This document shows positions 38,696 through 48,395 of a DNA stretch of 64,000 nt, in pieces. Made by a program: the position numbers and the translations under genes. Position 1 is the stretch's first letter. Each line of letters begins with the position of its first letter. The DNA is taken from the NCBI GenBank assembly GCA_002839855.1, contig PGYV01000001.1, positions 229,256 through 293,255 of the forward strand. Reading direction: 5' to 3'. The notes beneath the pieces were generated by a model. It was given only the letters and a program-made list of their open reading frames with translations. It did not search any database and had not been told where the DNA came from. This DNA is from Candidatus Goldiibacteriota bacterium HGW-Goldbacteria-1. GTDB taxonomy: Bacteria > Oederibacteriota > PGYV01.

Positions 38696-38801
38696 GAAAA
38701 TCCGATTTGTCAAGTTTTTTTGATATTGCAAATTGAAGCGGCAGGATAATAAATAGGACATTTCTATTTTGCGGAAAAGGTAATTAGGGACGGTTTTGCC
38801 T

Positions 38802-39140
38802 TGGTAGACGCGGGTCTTTTAATAACGAGCCTATAATAAAATTGCTCGTTATTATGCGCGGCAGTTGATTTAATACCCAAGACAAAAAGATCCGCAGTGT
38901 AAACGCCCTGTCCGGGGCCTGACCCCGGACAGGGCGTTTAAATACAAAACCAAATATATAAATCTAAACAACGCGCCTTGCCATCTCCGCCATAGCAAAT
39001 TTTTTGCTGCGACGGCCGGGAAAAGGTGCGGCTGCCAAATCCAGATCCAAGTCCAATTCAGAATCAAATGCCGCGGGCTAAAGACCCGCGTCTACCAGGA
39101 CAATACAAATACACGGACAGCGCGGGAGCGCTATCCCTAC
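38802..39140. repeat. REP-like cluster 5
   Basis: Partial REP-A at 38802; 10-bp stem 38821-38853; 18-bp stem hairpin 38900-38940; 83-bp repeat 38960-39042; REP-A 39071-39096; REP-C 39115-39140. Confidence 0.85.
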
Positions 39141-39177
39141 AAAACAAAAACATAAACCTAAACAACGCTTATTGCCT

Positions 39178-41145
39178 TTATATATTCTTTAACCCGCTTA
39201 ACCTTCTTTTTTCCTGCACGTCGTACCTTTTTTCTGCGGCTTTGATTATAAGCCCCAGCATCTGCGAATATGACACATCGTCCATCTTTGACATCTTTGC
39301 TAAGTGGCCGTCCCAGCACCAGCCCGGGTTGGGGTTTACTTCAAGCAGTTTAGGGTTGCCTTTGGAATCCAGCCGCCAGTCAAGGCGCGCGTAATCGCGG
39401 CATTCAAGCCGCTCAAACAGCTTCACGCACCACTCCTGAATATTTTTTTCTGTTTCAGCCGGCAGTTTTGCCGGAATTGTCTTAATGTATTTCCAGTAAG
39501 GGGACGTGGGGTCCCACTTGGCCTCGTACCCGCATATCTTTGGCAGGTCAGGCGGAAGGTCGGAATAGTCCTCTTCGGTAATGGGCATAATGCGGTAGGA
39601 TTCCGGCGGATTGCCGATAATTCCCACTGTGATATCGCTGCCTATTAAGAACTCTTCAACAAGTATGGGTTTTTCATATCCGGTTTTTTCCCGGACATCA
39701 GAAATAGCGCGGTCAAGCTGTTCTAAATTATGCACCACGCTTGTCCTTGTGATGCCAAAACTTGAATCGCCAAAATTGGGTTTTACTATCAGGGGAAAAC
39801 TGAAATTAACCGGAAGTTCGTATGTGATGTCTTCCGGTTTTATAAAGAAAGCTTTGGGGACAGGTATGCCCATTTCCGCGGCTATTCCGCGCACAAGCGA
39901 TTTGTCGTAACAGTAAGCAAGGCACTGCGGCCCGCCGCCCGTATATTTAATATTAAGCATTTCAAAAAACGCCGGCACGTGAAGTTCTTTTCTGGGGTCA
40001 TTGTCATACCCTTCATCGCACAGATTAAGTACAAGGGCGTTATCCTGTGAAACTTTTTTTAAGTCATCAAGAAGATTGGCGTGGTTATCCATAAAAGAAA
40101 ACCTGTACTGCTTTAACCCTGACAGCGCGTCCTTTAACCTGTCTATGGTCTGAAAATCGTCATCATCAAAAACTTCCGAAGGTTTTACACTGTCCGGTTT
40201 CTTAGGGTCGCCCATAACCACAACAACGTCCCTGACCTTGGTATCCTTTGCCTGTTTTTCCGGCGCGCGTTCTTTTTCCACAACAGCGGTCACAATAACG
40301 CGCCTTTCCATCATGCCAAGGTCCTGATTCCGTTTTGATTCCGTATTCATAGCCCCATGAAAATTAATAGCAGAAAGCCCGGCTTTTTTCATTATGAATG
40401 ATATGCTGTCCGCGTTATAAAGCCGCTCCGCGTAAAACTGGTCCACCACCACGCCCTTTTTTGTGTCTGTCACAACCTCGCGTGATATTAAGCGTTCCCC
40501 ATCCGCTGAAAGCGACCGCTCCCTGCAGACAAAGTGTTTCTTGTCTATCCATTCCCAAGACCGCGCGCTGAAGTTCTTTTTTACATAATCCCCGTCCGTT
40601 ACATCTATAAGCACCCGTCCGCCCGGTTTTAAAACCCTTGCGACCTCTTTTAAGACCATTACATCGTCATTTAAAGTTTCAAAATACCCAAAGCTGTTGC
40701 CCAAAAGCATTAACACGTCAAAAGTGTCATTGGAATAAGGTATTTTTCTGGCATCGCCTTCCTTAAATTTAATCGCAAGGTTTTTACCCTTTGATACAGA
40801 TTTTGCCCGCGAAATAAGGTAGTGCGACCTGTCCATTCCCTGCACGTTTTTAAATCCGCGCGAAGCAAGTTCTATTGTGTGGCGCCCCTGCCCGCAGCAA
40901 AGGTCAAGGATACATTCGTCTTTTTTAAGCTTCACAGCGCCGGAAAAAAAGTCTATTTCCTGCTTTGTAATCTGATTATCTTCCACCACATCGCCGTCTG
41001 TCATTATGTAATACGAATTGAAAATGTTCCTCCACCATTCCGGATGGACGTGCTGTTCAAGGTTCTTTACCGGGCCTTTTGTTACTACCCTGTTCTTACT
41101 GCCGTTCTTCCCGTTGATTTTTTCAACAGGCTGCTGTACTTGCAT
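39178..41145 (-). CDS. Class I SAM methyltransferase fused to a D-Ala-D-Ala-ligase-like ATP-grasp domain
   Basis: ILDLCCGQGRH and LLGNSFGYF (MTase); LIVKPNFGDSSFGI, LVEEFL, YARLDWRL and LEVNPNPG (ATP-grasp). Confidence 0.85.
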   Translation of the reverse strand: MQVQQPVEKINGKNGSKNRVVTKGPVKNLEQHVHPEWWRNIFNSYYIMTDGDVVEDNQITKQEIDFFSGAVKLKKDECILDLCCGQGRHTIELASRGFKNVQGMDRSHYLISRAKSVSKGKNLAIKFKEGDARKIPYSNDTFDVLMLLGNSFGYFETLNDDVMVLKEVARVLKPGGRVLIDVTDGDYVKKNFSARSWEWIDKKHFVCRERSLSADGERLISREVVTDTKKGVVVDQFYAERLYNADSISFIMKKAGLSAINFHGAMNTESKRNQDLGMMERRVIVTAVVEKERAPEKQAKDTKVRDVVVVMGDPKKPDSVKPSEVFDDDDFQTIDRLKDALSGLKQYRFSFMDNHANLLDDLKKVSQDNALVLNLCDEGYDNDPRKELHVPAFFEMLNIKYTGGGPQCLAYCYDKSLVRGIAAEMGIPVPKAFFIKPEDITYELPVNFSFPLIVKPNFGDSSFGITRTSVVHNLEQLDRAISDVREKTGYEKPILVEEFLIGSDITVGIIGNPPESYRIMPITEEDYSDLPPDLPKICGYEAKWDPTSPYWKYIKTIPAKLPAETEKNIQEWCVKLFERLECRDYARLDWRLDSKGNPKLLEVNPNPGWCWDGHLAKMSKMDDVSYSQMLGLIIKAAEKRYDVQEKRRLSGLKNI

Positions 41146-41520
41146 AAATCTCCTTTTGGATTATTAGGCATAGCTATAGGTATAAATATAGATAGGCTAC
41201 GCCCGTTTAGGTAAGTGATTGTTTCAAAAAGAAAGGTTGAAGTTTTCCCCGGCTATGGTTCGGGCTGGTTATAAGTTTTTCCCGGTTAATAAATCCCGAC
41301 CATACTATTCGGCTATACTTTTTTCATCTCCAAATTTTTAAGGCATAAACGCCCTGACAAACTGAATTTTAGAACAAATAACGGTTTTGTCAAGGGGGAA
41401 TAATGAGAATAAAAACTATATATGAGGTCTGAAATTTTTATTTACTTTTACTTAGTATCAACTCTCAACTCAAGGTCCGTCCCCTATTACTTATATTAGA
41501 AAGAACTTCCCAGATGTACG

Positions 41521-43110
41521 TTAAGACATAATTTGTTTTGTTACTGGTATTGTAGACCAAACGCCATTAATTAAAACTTGATGGGTCGGCGCAGGGTTCG
41601 TCCAATAGTAATTGAACAATTTAATTATATCCTCTGACTCTGGACTATTTATGTTAATAATTGTAGTTGCACGCTTCCCTAATCCATTAATTGACGTACC
41701 AACTTGCCAAACATTACTATCGTCAACAATTATAAATCTATCATGTATTGGATTATATTGTTTATGTGACAAAGGATGTTGATAGAATATTTTTGCAACT
41801 TCTATTTGTAAATTTGACGACCTCGCAATTACTAAATCATTAGCAAAATCATTATTTACATAAAAAGTTAAAATCATAACCTTTGTGGATGAAGCAATAT
41901 TACTTAAAATATTCCAATCATCAGAACAATTCCCAAAATAAGGGTCAATTATTGAAACTTTTGTATTTGCTTTATCTACAATTGATTGAATTTCCATTAT
42001 GGCTGTCAGTTGGTTACCAGCTTCATATAAAACTTTCTTTTTTGTTAATCGAAGTAAATCTGCTTTCTTTTTTCGCAAAATGCTATTTTTATCTAACTTA
42101 TCACCAACCGAAAAAGTTTTTCGAACTTTTCGACCACCACCATTAATGTCCATTGTATAATGTAGTTCTTCAACATAAGGTTGTTCAGTTGTAAAATCAC
42201 ATATTTTCATGTCGTTTGAAATAAGCATAAAAAATGTTTTATCAACATCATCTGGCAACGGCTGATAAAACATGATTACTTCGTTTTCACTTCCGGTTGG
42301 ATATTTAACATTATCTAATTTATAAATGTTCCAAAGCAAGGTCTCATCAGACCTAGTAAGTTTATAAATAATTGATAATTTATTAATATCCGACTTATTC
42401 TTCGTGGCAATTCCAACTTCTACACGTGTGCCATTATGTTCACTTGGGGTTGTTCCTTTTTCCTTTTTATCACTTAAAAACCAAGCATCAAAATTTGGAA
42501 AATATATGCCAATTGAACCTTTGAGTTCATTAAATTTATCAGCACCTAAAAATCCAATTAAAGAAATTATAGGACTACTTACTTCAATTCCGTTGATTAT
42601 TGCAGTCTCAACTGGTTTTAAAGGCATATAATTCGTTTCATTTGACCACAAAGCAAAAACAGTTGAACTTCTTGCTAAATTACAATTACCAGAACTAAAA
42701 ATACTGTTAAAATGTGAACCAATAACATATTCTTCTTTATGATCAAAATCAATATCATAACTTATAATATTACCTTCAATATCTAAACGCTTTGTTGTTT
42801 CAACTTTTTTCAACAGTTTATAAAATTCTTCAACCGAAAAATGTTTTCGCATTAATAACAAATCATCTCTTAAACAAGTAAATTCTATAATCTTTTTTAC
42901 ATCATCATAATTCAAAATAGGGACAATGATTTGTGTTTTTGAGTACTCATGCCATTCAGGTTCGCCAATTGTAGCGTAAATATCATCAGAAAAAGTAAAC
43001 GAAGTGTAATAGTTTACAAATCCAACTTCGGCTTTTTGGGCTATGCATTTCAGAACAACACCTTTATAATTATTATTTTGACAAATGCTTACAATTTCAT
43101 CCATCATCAT
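41521..43110 (-). CDS. Hypothetical protein with C-terminal PLD-like domain (VPA1262-like)
   Basis: IIDPYFG, IHDRFIIVDD and VGTSINGLG resemble PLD/HKD-variant nuclease motifs; AT-rich; ATGA overlap with the MTase. Confidence 0.55.
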   Translation of the reverse strand: MMMDEIVSICQNNNYKGVVLKCIAQKAEVGFVNYYTSFTFSDDIYATIGEPEWHEYSKTQIIVPILNYDDVKKIIEFTCLRDDLLLMRKHFSVEEFYKLLKKVETTKRLDIEGNIISYDIDFDHKEEYVIGSHFNSIFSSGNCNLARSSTVFALWSNETNYMPLKPVETAIINGIEVSSPIISLIGFLGADKFNELKGSIGIYFPNFDAWFLSDKKEKGTTPSEHNGTRVEVGIATKNKSDINKLSIIYKLTRSDETLLWNIYKLDNVKYPTGSENEVIMFYQPLPDDVDKTFFMLISNDMKICDFTTEQPYVEELHYTMDINGGGRKVRKTFSVGDKLDKNSILRKKKADLLRLTKKKVLYEAGNQLTAIMEIQSIVDKANTKVSIIDPYFGNCSDDWNILSNIASSTKVMILTFYVNNDFANDLVIARSSNLQIEVAKIFYQHPLSHKQYNPIHDRFIIVDDSNVWQVGTSINGLGKRATTIININSPESEDIIKLFNYYWTNPAPTHQVLINGVWSTIPVTKQIMS

Positions 43111-43964
43111 ACAATATCCCGTATAAAATTACTTTTAGGTTTTATTATGTTATCTGAAAAAAACATTATTTCATTTCCAGTTTTCTTTTCACCCGAACTA
43201 TAGTGTAGCTTGTATTTAATACTTTTATAATTGCTATAAATACGCCTTATCTCTTTTACATCATCATAGCTTACTATCCACTTTTGCTCACCCAATCCAA
43301 ATATTTGTTCTGCTATTTGCTTATGGTCTTCTGGTTTATAATAATTCATATAAAGTGAATGTCCTTGAACAAAATATGGTGGATCCAAATACAAAATAGT
43401 CTTCATATCTTTGGATTTTTTAAGTTTTTTTATTAATGTAATCGCATCGCAATTAGATATCTCTATTCGACTTTTATATCTTGCAATTTTCTCTATCCGA
43501 CTTATTAACTCCTTCTTATTAAATCTCGCATCTATTTTCCATTTCCCTTTTTGGTCCGTTCCACCTATGACGCCACCTTTTATAATACCAGACCTATTAG
43601 TCCTATTTAAATAGAATGCTGTAAAACCAAGATTAAGTAATGTATACTCAGAAGGCCTTTTTATTCTTTTATGCATTTTTTTCCATGTTTCAACATTAAC
43701 CTTTGAATCATTTATGAGTTTACAAAGTCTTTCTGTATCGTATAAGACACTATGCCAAAAAGAGTAGATCATATTGTCAAAATCATTTATTACAATCTTC
43801 TTAACATATTCCGAAAATAATAATGATAGGGCAACTGATGCACCGCCAGCATATGGTTCTATATAAGTCCCATCCAAACAACCATTATTGCTAACGATGG
43901 TCTTTATATAATCTGCTATTTTGCCTTTTCCACCTGGATATCTTAACGGGGACAAAAATCGCAT
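43107..43964 (-). CDS. Dam-like DNA adenine methyltransferase
   Basis: SPLRYPGGK, YIEPYAGGASV, LNRTNRSG, YLDPPY and WIVSYDD. Confidence 0.9.
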   Translation of the reverse strand: MRFLSPLRYPGGKGKIADYIKTIVSNNGCLDGTYIEPYAGGASVALSLLFSEYVKKIVINDFDNMIYSFWHSVLYDTERLCKLINDSKVNVETWKKMHKRIKRPSEYTLLNLGFTAFYLNRTNRSGIIKGGVIGGTDQKGKWKIDARFNKKELISRIEKIARYKSRIEISNCDAITLIKKLKKSKDMKTILYLDPPYFVQGHSLYMNYYKPEDHKQIAEQIFGLGEQKWIVSYDDVKEIRRIYSNYKSIKYKLHYSSGEKKTGNEIMFFSDNIIKPKSNFIRDIV

Positions 43965-43965
43965 A

Positions 43966-45300
43966 CTAACACCACAACTTTAAAATAAATGTACTTAAAT
44001 TTTCCCAGCTCTTAATTAGGTCTTTTTCTTTTGGCTGGAAATATCTATTATGAACATAGCCATTAAATGTATCAATTGATATCACGTCATCTTTATCACT
44101 TACCGCAACGCGCAAAGGTTTCAATTCTTTACTTGTCATTATATTTTCTTTACACATATATTCTATGACTTTTGTAATTTTCTCCCGTAATCTTAATTTA
44201 CTTTCTATTTCTTCTTTAGTTCCGATCTTTTTATTACTCATATATTCATCAACACTCATCTCTAAAAAAACCCTAAATAGAATTGCTATTGCGTTTGTAT
44301 ATTTATCGAATTTAAGCGCTTTCAACTCAATAAAAACATCGTTAATTCTTGGCTGTCTTATTTTTAAGACATATCCACTTGGAATTAACTTATTTCTACT
44401 TTTTGTAGACTTTAAAGATCTTGGTATTATCTTTCTTTTATCAACTAAGCTCTCTCCAAGTCCCCAAACCTCTTTGCTTGTTCTTTTAGTATCGGGCTTT
44501 TCTTCCGGAGTAAATTCGTTCAAATATCTTTGTCTATCTTCTTTTTTATATATTTTTTTAACTTTTACTCTTTTATCTATTAAATCTCTTACGATTTTAA
44601 CTAAACCTTTTACTACTTCTTTTTCTTCAACTTTCGATTCAAATAAACCATTTTCAATTTTAATGCCTAAAAATTCTTGAACTTTTTTATCTTCAACAAG
44701 TCTCTCTAAATTCGTTATAGGAATCTTATCAAAGTTTGCTTTTAAAGAATCGTCAACATCATCTCTTTTAGATAAAAAATTTATTATTTGCAAAGATACA
44801 TTCATTTTTCCTTTTGTATGTTCTTCAAATCTACGTTTTTGTTGCGCGTCCCACTCCACAACTCCTTTACCTTCATTTTCGCCAGTATGTTTTAAAACTA
44901 TCCATTTATTTGCATCTTTATATTCATCAAACACAACACAATCTAACGCTTTAATTGGTTTAGCGTTAAATACGGAACTTAATTTTATTATTTTCTTATA
45001 GAAACTTTCATTTTCATTCTTTATTATATCCGGATTAAGTAACAGTTTTAAGGCTACAACACGTCTATTGCCCTCCAGAACCACATATGTGTCTGAATCC
45101 ATTTCAGAAACCATAATGACATCAGATGGGTTAACCCCATTTTCAATTATATCTTTTGAAAGATTTATTATCTTTTTTTCTTGATCATTAACCATTGCAA
45201 TAATGGCATCCCTCTGATTTTCTTTCTGGTCAAATCTGGGATTACCAAGATTTATGGTTAACTTTTCCAATTTTATAGTTTCTCTTCTGTATTCGCCCAT
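43966..45300 (-). CDS. ParB/Srx-like N-terminal domain protein
   Basis: NPRF and VLEGNRRVVALK motifs; helical C-terminal domain with FRVFLE and FNGYVHN. Confidence 0.65.
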   Translation of the reverse strand: MGEYRRETIKLEKLTINLGNPRFDQKENQRDAIIAMVNDQEKKIINLSKDIIENGVNPSDVIMVSEMDSDTYVVLEGNRRVVALKLLLNPDIIKNENESFYKKIIKLSSVFNAKPIKALDCVVFDEYKDANKWIVLKHTGENEGKGVVEWDAQQKRRFEEHTKGKMNVSLQIINFLSKRDDVDDSLKANFDKIPITNLERLVEDKKVQEFLGIKIENGLFESKVEEKEVVKGLVKIVRDLIDKRVKVKKIYKKEDRQRYLNEFTPEEKPDTKRTSKEVWGLGESLVDKRKIIPRSLKSTKSRNKLIPSGYVLKIRQPRINDVFIELKALKFDKYTNAIAILFRVFLEMSVDEYMSNKKIGTKEEIESKLRLREKITKVIEYMCKENIMTSKELKPLRVAVSDKDDVISIDTFNGYVHNRYFQPKEKDLIKSWENLSTFILKLWC

Positions 45301-45301
45301 C

Positions 45302-48244
45302 TTACACCTCCCTATTTTTATTACTAATCACTTTTATCAATTCAACTTCTTCTTGTGAAATCTTATATAACCCATATATTTCTTCATCAATTTTTTGCAT
45401 CACTGAGTCTATTTCTTTGTCAATCTGGTTACCTTGTGCGCCTTTTCTGTTATTATTTAACTGAGAACTCAGTAACAATACTGTTTTAACTAAATCAGAT
45501 ATTCTTTTTTGTCTAACCACCTGAGCTTCATCCTTCTTATCTATAACAAAAATTGGTAGATTTTTTAGAAACATAGTTTTATATATAAAGAATTCATTAG
45601 CTTTTGGCACTGTTGTTTTTTTATAATACCATTCCATTAATCGAGAATTTAGAATACCCAAAATGTAATAAATATCTACGTCGGCTTTTTCCTCAAAGTA
45701 AAAGCCACAAACCGTATCCCCGTAGTAATAACCTTTATCATCAATCATAAATCGGTTTGATTCAGCCAGTTCTGGTACAATAATTTTAATATTGGTAAAA
45801 TTCTTTGTTTTTCTCTGATTCCAAAGTTCATACCATTTTTTTGATGATTTAGTAAAGTATTCTCTCTTGTTAATTTCGGTTTTATTAGATGTTAAAAATT
45901 TATAATAATTTGGAGCTTTAGCTTTTATTTCTTTTTCAGGTATCAAATCATTATTTACATCATATGGATAAAAAACGTATTCGTCTACAGCGTCCAAGTA
46001 GTATTTTCTTATATTTCTGCCTCTTATACATGGTTTTAAAAAAGTTTTTTCGATTTTATTGTTTTTGATTGTTTCCGAATCCAAAAGGTAGATGTCATTT
46101 AAACCGGTGACAATTCCTTCGGTAATATCATCTGTCACTTCAATCAATTTTTTAACATTATCTAATTTATTGATTTTTTCTATTATTTTAGTTTCCAAAG
46201 GATTTCTAAAAATCCATAAACCCTCACCTAATTCTTTTTGTGGATAATATTCAAGCTTCCCATTTAAACCTATTTTGTATTTGAGCATATTGTCTTTAGC
46301 TTTAGATTTTGAAAATATAAATATACCTGTATAATTTAACGCATCTTTAAATATTGATTCATGTTCAAAATCAATAATTTCTTCAACATTGACATTGTTT
46401 AATATATACTTCCTTAATTCAATACCGTGATTGCGTTTCATAAAACCCGTAGGACAAATATATGACATAAGACCATTTTTGTTAATAATTTTTATACCCT
46501 TTTCTATAAATAATACATATATATCAAATTTTCCTTTGGCACTTGAATATACGTCAGTGTAAAACTCCTTTTCCTTTTTGAAACCTTGAAATCCAATATA
46601 CGGAGGGTTGCCGATAACGCAGTCGAATCCACCTTCTGCCATAACCTCTTTATACTGTTCTTCCCAATTAAAAGGTTTTATCTTGTAATAATCATTCCCA
46701 AAGTACCTTGTAAGCAGTAGCGGGTCGCCGGATATAAGGGAGTTGCCGCATTTGATGTTCTGATTAAGCATAGGTAGTACGCCCTGGCCGCCGATAGGCA
46801 CAAATTCCCCTTCAAGCATCTTTAAAACAAGTGAAAGTTTGGTAACTTCCACTGCCTGCTCGTCTAAATCTACGCCAAATATATGCCTTTTTAATATCTC
46901 TGCCTTTTCCGCGATATTCAGCACATCGCCCTGCTGTTTTCCCTGTTCAAATAACTTATCCTGGCTTTGTTTATCTGCTTTTTCTGTGGACTGTTTTCTT
47001 TTTAAATCCCTGTACCAGTTAAGCATTTCTTCATACGCGCGAATAAGAAAGCTGCCCGAACCGCATGCAGGGTCAAGTATTCTTAATTTTTTTATGTCTT
47101 TTTCCTTTAATTCCGCAAGCTTTTTGCCTACTGTATTCTTTACTATATAATCCACAATATACTCAGGCGTGTAATAAACGCCGCCTGCTTTTCTTACGTC
47201 AGGCTTTTCTTCGTACTTTACCTGTTTGTCCGTGACCCTTATTGTGTAACCTAAAAACTGCTCGTAAATATTTCCAAGCACTTCTAACGGTATGGCGTCA
47301 AACTGATATGGGTTATAGGTATCTTCTATTATAGCGTTAAGCGTCTTAAATTCTATTTTAAGGTCTTTTTCCCAGTCCTGCGGGCGGAACAGTTCGCTGT
47401 CAAATATGCGGTTATAAAAGGCAAATTCTTTGTCCAGTATTACCTGCATTGTCCTTGTTCCAAGGCTGTCGCTTCTGTCTTCAAACAGCGCCCTTAAAGA
47501 ATGCCCTGCTACAAGCCCCCTGTCTTCACAGGAACGCATAAATACTATTCGGTCTAAAAGCTTCTGGTTAATTTCTTTTAAGTAGTCCGCGTCACGTTCC
47601 AAATCTCCGGAGTGAAATAAATCCGGGTTGTTTTTGTAGATGTCTTTGGCAAGGTGCTCACGCCAGACTTTAAGGTCATTAAGGACGGCTTTATCTACAG
47701 GAACCCTGTCTTTTGGTTTGGTTGAAAGAAGTTTGTTTAAATCCCCGTTTATAACCGATTCTTTGGAAAGCATCCAAAGGTCATCAAATTTATCTACATA
47801 CTGTTTCCAGTTAAGGTCAAGTTTTATGCCTTTTCTTATGTTTCTTATATCCGGCTTTACTGTTACGTCAAATAACTTAAAGCCTTCAAAATCGGTTAAA
47901 ACCACAAAAGGCACGTCTTTTCTGCTGTACCCGTATCCTATTGCCTGATTAATAAACTTTTTATCTTCAAGGTTTACGCTTACCTGCTTAGCCTCTACAA
48001 AAAATTCCACCCTGCCGTTGTAACGCACAGAATAGTCCACACGCTTGCGGGAAATTGCGTCTTCAAGACAGACTTCATTATGATTGTTTGTATCCCACCC
48101 AAGCAGCCTTAAAAGAGGTTCAATGAAGGTGCTTTTGGTGTTAGCCTCGTTAAGTTCCATGGCTTCGCCGGATTTCATTTCTTTTTCAAATAAATCCACA
48201 AGCTTTTGCAGCTCTTGTTTTGCCTGTTCTTTTGTCAGGTTCAT
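45302..48244 (-). CDS. Type IIG (Eco57I/TaqI-like) fused restriction endonuclease-N6-adenine methyltransferase
   Basis: N-terminal PD-(D/E)xK (VDY...FVEAK), GVYYTP, ILDPACGSGSFL, VIGNPPY, and a TaqI_C-like target recognition domain (YILGILNS.L). Confidence 0.9.
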   Translation of the reverse strand: MNLTKEQAKQELQKLVDLFEKEMKSGEAMELNEANTKSTFIEPLLRLLGWDTNNHNEVCLEDAISRKRVDYSVRYNGRVEFFVEAKQVSVNLEDKKFINQAIGYGYSRKDVPFVVLTDFEGFKLFDVTVKPDIRNIRKGIKLDLNWKQYVDKFDDLWMLSKESVINGDLNKLLSTKPKDRVPVDKAVLNDLKVWREHLAKDIYKNNPDLFHSGDLERDADYLKEINQKLLDRIVFMRSCEDRGLVAGHSLRALFEDRSDSLGTRTMQVILDKEFAFYNRIFDSELFRPQDWEKDLKIEFKTLNAIIEDTYNPYQFDAIPLEVLGNIYEQFLGYTIRVTDKQVKYEEKPDVRKAGGVYYTPEYIVDYIVKNTVGKKLAELKEKDIKKLRILDPACGSGSFLIRAYEEMLNWYRDLKRKQSTEKADKQSQDKLFEQGKQQGDVLNIAEKAEILKRHIFGVDLDEQAVEVTKLSLVLKMLEGEFVPIGGQGVLPMLNQNIKCGNSLISGDPLLLTRYFGNDYYKIKPFNWEEQYKEVMAEGGFDCVIGNPPYIGFQGFKKEKEFYTDVYSSAKGKFDIYVLFIEKGIKIINKNGLMSYICPTGFMKRNHGIELRKYILNNVNVEEIIDFEHESIFKDALNYTGIFIFSKSKAKDNMLKYKIGLNGKLEYYPQKELGEGLWIFRNPLETKIIEKINKLDNVKKLIEVTDDITEGIVTGLNDIYLLDSETIKNNKIEKTFLKPCIRGRNIRKYYLDAVDEYVFYPYDVNNDLIPEKEIKAKAPNYYKFLTSNKTEINKREYFTKSSKKWYELWNQRKTKNFTNIKIIVPELAESNRFMIDDKGYYYGDTVCGFYFEEKADVDIYYILGILNSRLMEWYYKKTTVPKANEFFIYKTMFLKNLPIFVIDKKDEAQVVRQKRISDLVKTVLLLSSQLNNNRKGAQGNQIDKEIDSVMQKIDEEIYGLYKISQEEVELIKVISNKNREV

Positions 48245-48349
48245 GTAGGCTTTGCGCCCTCCCGTTGCTATTTGGTAATTATGGCTATTATAAACCCTGC
48301 CGCGTTTCGCGTCAATTTAAACCACATGATAATAAGTATCAAAATATAC

Positions 48350-48394
48350 TTCTCAACTCAAACCCGGGGTCTGACCCCAAGTTTGAGTTGAGAA
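48350..48394. terminator. Long hairpin with a GGGGTCTGACCCC core after the 48396 stop
   Basis: TTCTCAACTCAAAC / GTTTGAGTTGAGAA 14-bp perfect arms enclosing CC-GGGGTCTGACCCC-AA. Confidence 0.55.
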
Positions 48395-48395
48395 A

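Larger units (their letters stand above)
37890..38776. repeat. 40-bp direct repeats flanking a TA module
   Basis: AGCGGCAGGATAAT(C/A)AA(C/T)AGGACATTTCTATTTTGCGGAA at 37890-37929 and 38737-38776; 38/40 identical. Confidence 0.8.

Noticed and set aside
39178-41145. ArsM arsenite methyltransferase
   Set aside because: It is 8 kb from the ars operons, fused to an ATP-grasp domain, and I do not see the ArsM Cys pattern.
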